Shown here piece after piece: positions 61,370-64,000 of a stretch of 64,000 bases of DNA. A model generated the notes under the pieces. The model had not been told where the DNA came from. It worked only from the letters and a program-made list of their open reading frames with translations, and did no database searches. Positions within the stretch are counted from its first letter, which is position 1; every line of letters begins with the position of its first letter. The DNA is from Mobula hypostoma (taxonomy: Eukaryota), in contig NC_086109.1 of NCBI RefSeq assembly GCF_963921235.1, positions 17,796,001 through 17,860,000 of the forward strand. The letters run 5' to 3'. The position numbers and the translations under genes are program-made.

Positions 61370-64000
61370 CAAGCGGAGCAGCCATTGTTGGAGTGGGACA
61401 GTGTTAGAATGGTTCGGCTTTGGGTTAACAGGCTTGGACAAACACAGGCAGAGGTTCTAAGTAAGTTTCTGGTAAGTTTTTGTTTTACTGTTAGTACATA
61501 GATAGTGCACCGAGAATGCATCTAGAGTTTGTGGTACGTTCATTATGTGAGATGTGGGAACTTTGGGAGACCTCCAGTCTCCCTGCCAACTACATTTGCA
61601 TGAAGTGGTCCGAGCTTCAGCTCCGTAGCGACCATGCTAAGGAACTGTAGCTGCATGCTCAGTGACCCTTGGCTCATACGGGAGAATAAGGAGATGATAG
61701 AAAGGAGCTACAGGGAGGTAGTCACCCGTAAGTTGCAGGAAGCAGGTGCCCGGGTGACTGTCAGAAGAGGGAAAGGGAATAGGCAGCCAGTGCTGAGTAT
61801 CCTTGTGGCTGTTCCCCACAATAATAAGTATACCATTCTGGATACTTTGGGTGGGGGAGGGGGTGGAAATGACCTACCAGAGAGAAGCGGCAGAGCTGTG
61901 ACTGGCATTAAGTCCGGCTTTGTGCTCAGGGGAAGAGGAAGAAGAGGAGTGCAGGAGCGATAAGGGATTCCATAGTTAGGGGAGCAGACAGAAGATCCTG
62001 CAGATGTGATAAAGATACCTGGATGGTATTTAGTCTCCCAAGTGCCAGGGTCAGAGATGTCTCTGATCAGGTCTACAGCATTCTAAAGGGAGAGGGTGAA
62101 CAGCCAAAAGTCATAGTACGTATTGATACCAACAACATAGACAGGAAATGGATGGAGGTAATGAAGAGAGAATAAAGGGAGTTAGGTAGAAAGCTGAAAA
62201 AGCAAGAACTCTGAGGTAGTAATCTCTGGGTTGCTGTCGGTGTCACTTGCCAGTGAGGGTAAGAGTAGGATAATTTGGCAGAGGAATGTATGGCTGAAGA
62301 ACTGGTGCAGAGGGCATATTTCTGGATCATTGGCATTATTTCTGGGGAAGGTATGACCCATACAGAAAAGACAGGTTACACCTGAACCCCTAGGGGGATC
62401 AATATCCTTGTGGACAGTTTTGCTCGAGATGTTGGGGGTTTAAACTAATTTGGAAGGTGGATGAGAACCAGAATGACAGGGCTGTGGGTGGGGCAGTTGG
62501 TGTACAAGTAGATGGAGTGTGTAGTGAGAATTTGAGTAAGGACAGGCAGGTGAAAGAGCACAACTGCAGTCAGTGGGATGAGCTGAAGGGTGATGAATAC
62601 AGGACTGAAGGTGTTACATTTGAATGTACACAATATATGGAATAAGGTAGATGATCTTGTAGCACAATTACAAAGTGGCAAGTATGACATTATGGACGTC
62701 ACTGAGCTGTGGCTAAAAGAAGATCATAGTTAGGACCTTAAATCCAAGAAGACACCTTGTATTGAAAGGTCAGCAGGTAAGCAGAGGGGGTGGGGTGCCT
62801 CTGTTTGTAAAAATGTGAAATCAGATCTTAGAATGAGATGACATAGGGTCCAAGAATGTAGAATCCTTGTGGGTAGAGTTAAGACATTACAAGGGTAAAA
62901 AGTTCCTGATGGGACTATGCAGGCCTCTGAACAGTAGCCAGGATGTGGGATACAAATTACAATGGGAAAGAGAAAAGGAATGTAAAAAGGGTAATGTTAT
63001 GATAATCATGGGGTGGGGGAGATTTCAATATTTAGGTAGATTCTGGTTTAAGGTGGCGATTGTGAACCTCTGCAACTTCTGCCTGGTGGATAATGAAACA
63101 AGGAAGGCAACTAAATACTTTGTTAACCATACTTTTTCTGGCAAATGATGATCGCAAGTAATAGTCTACAACTTCCCTTTGGACTTGGAGGCAATTCAAT
63201 ATAGCAGACAAATCTCAAGGTTGTATAATGTATACATATTTTGAAAGTAACTGCACTTTGAACTTTGAGATTGGAAAAATCAGTTGGTGCTGGATCCCAA
63301 AAGAGGGAATTTGTAGAATGCCTTTCAGATGGCTTTTTAGAACAGCTTGTGGTTGAGCCCACTAGCAGAAAGCCAATTCTGGATTGGGTGTTGTGTAATG
63401 AACCAAATTTAATTAGGGAGCTTAAGGTAAAGGAACCCTTAGGAAGTAGTAATCATAATATAAACATGAGAAAGTCTGCAGATGCTGGAAATCCAAAGTA
63501 ATACACACAAAATGCTGGAGGAACTCGGCAGGTCAGGCATCTATGGAAATGAACAGTCAACGTTTCAGGCCGAGTCCTTTCTTCAGGACTGATAATATGA
63601 TAGATTTCCACCTTTCAGTTTGAGAGGGAAAAGATAAAGTTAAGTTGTATCAGTATTATAGTGAAGTAAAGAGAATTACAGAGCCATGAGAGAGGAGCTG
63701 GCCAGAGTTGATTGGAAGGGGACACTAGCAGGGATGATGGCAGAACAACAATGGCTGGATTACAAAGATGAAGAAATATTCTAAATAGAGGTTAAGGCAA
63801 TTGTGGCTGACAAGGGATGTCAAAGACAGCATAGAAGTAAAGGAGAAGGTATACAATATAGAAAAATTGAATAGGAGGTCAGATGATTGAGAAGCTTTTA
63901 AAAACCAACTGAAGGCAATTAAAGAAGCTAAAAGGGGAAAACAGATGAAATATGAAGGGAAGCTAGCCAATAATATACAAACGTAAAAGAGGATACCAAT
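61370..64000 (+). mobile_element. Degenerate CR1/HER1-like LINE 5' portion: 5' UTR, ORF1 (zinc finger + SGNH esterase), start of ORF2 (AP endonuclease); runs off the window
   Basis: CEMWELWETSSLPANYICMK, DSIVRG, LPSARVRDV, VIVRIDTNNI, DRLHLN; then NKVDDL..YDI..VTELWL, ESLWVELR, FVECLSDGFLEQLVVEPT..ILDWVLCN..EPLGSSNHN. Confidence 0.9.
63462..63591 (-). mobile_element. Penelope-like pLTR insertion in CR1 containing a hammerhead with intact core (63554-63591)
   Basis: Minus strand CAGUC CUGAAGA A AGGA-CUCG-GCCU GAAA CGUU GACUG; direct repeat ATAATAT at 63455-63461 and 63592-63598. Confidence 0.8.

Noticed and set aside
1..64000. CRISPR arrays, rRNA, prokaryotic operons, known miRNAs/snRNAs
   Set aside because: No regularly spaced repeat-spacer array and no recognisable matches; the sequence is vertebrate repeat-rich DNA

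Overview
AT-rich, CpG-depleted, repeat-dense vertebrate genomic DNA. The repeat inventory (HE1/V-SINE-like tRNA SINEs, CR1/HER1-like LINEs, Deu-domain SINEs, Rex1/Babar, Nimb/I-type LINE, Tc1 remnants, very abundant Penelope-like elements) points to a cartilaginous fish, probably a batoid (inference). I cannot recognise any intact protein-coding gene; the ORF-track peptides I can place are transposon fragments or their antisense frames, and the rest look like chance ORFs. A CpG-rich segment at about 1.5-2.6 kb looks like a possibly bidirectional promoter. A few isolated splice-competent segments suggest non-coding transcription. The dominant structured signal is a Penelope-like (Neptune-type RT + GIY-YIG) retroelement system. 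Its terminal repeat encodes a minimal type I hammerhead ribozyme (agtc-CUGANGA-A-stemII-GAAA-CGUC/gact). About 25 copies of this terminal repeat are present, 8 with an intact catalytic core. Many are short, TSD-flanked, fold-back (inverted) insertions with a ribozyme on each strand. One 65-bp insertion begins exactly at the predicted ribozyme cleavage site. Boundaries given without a TSD are approximate.
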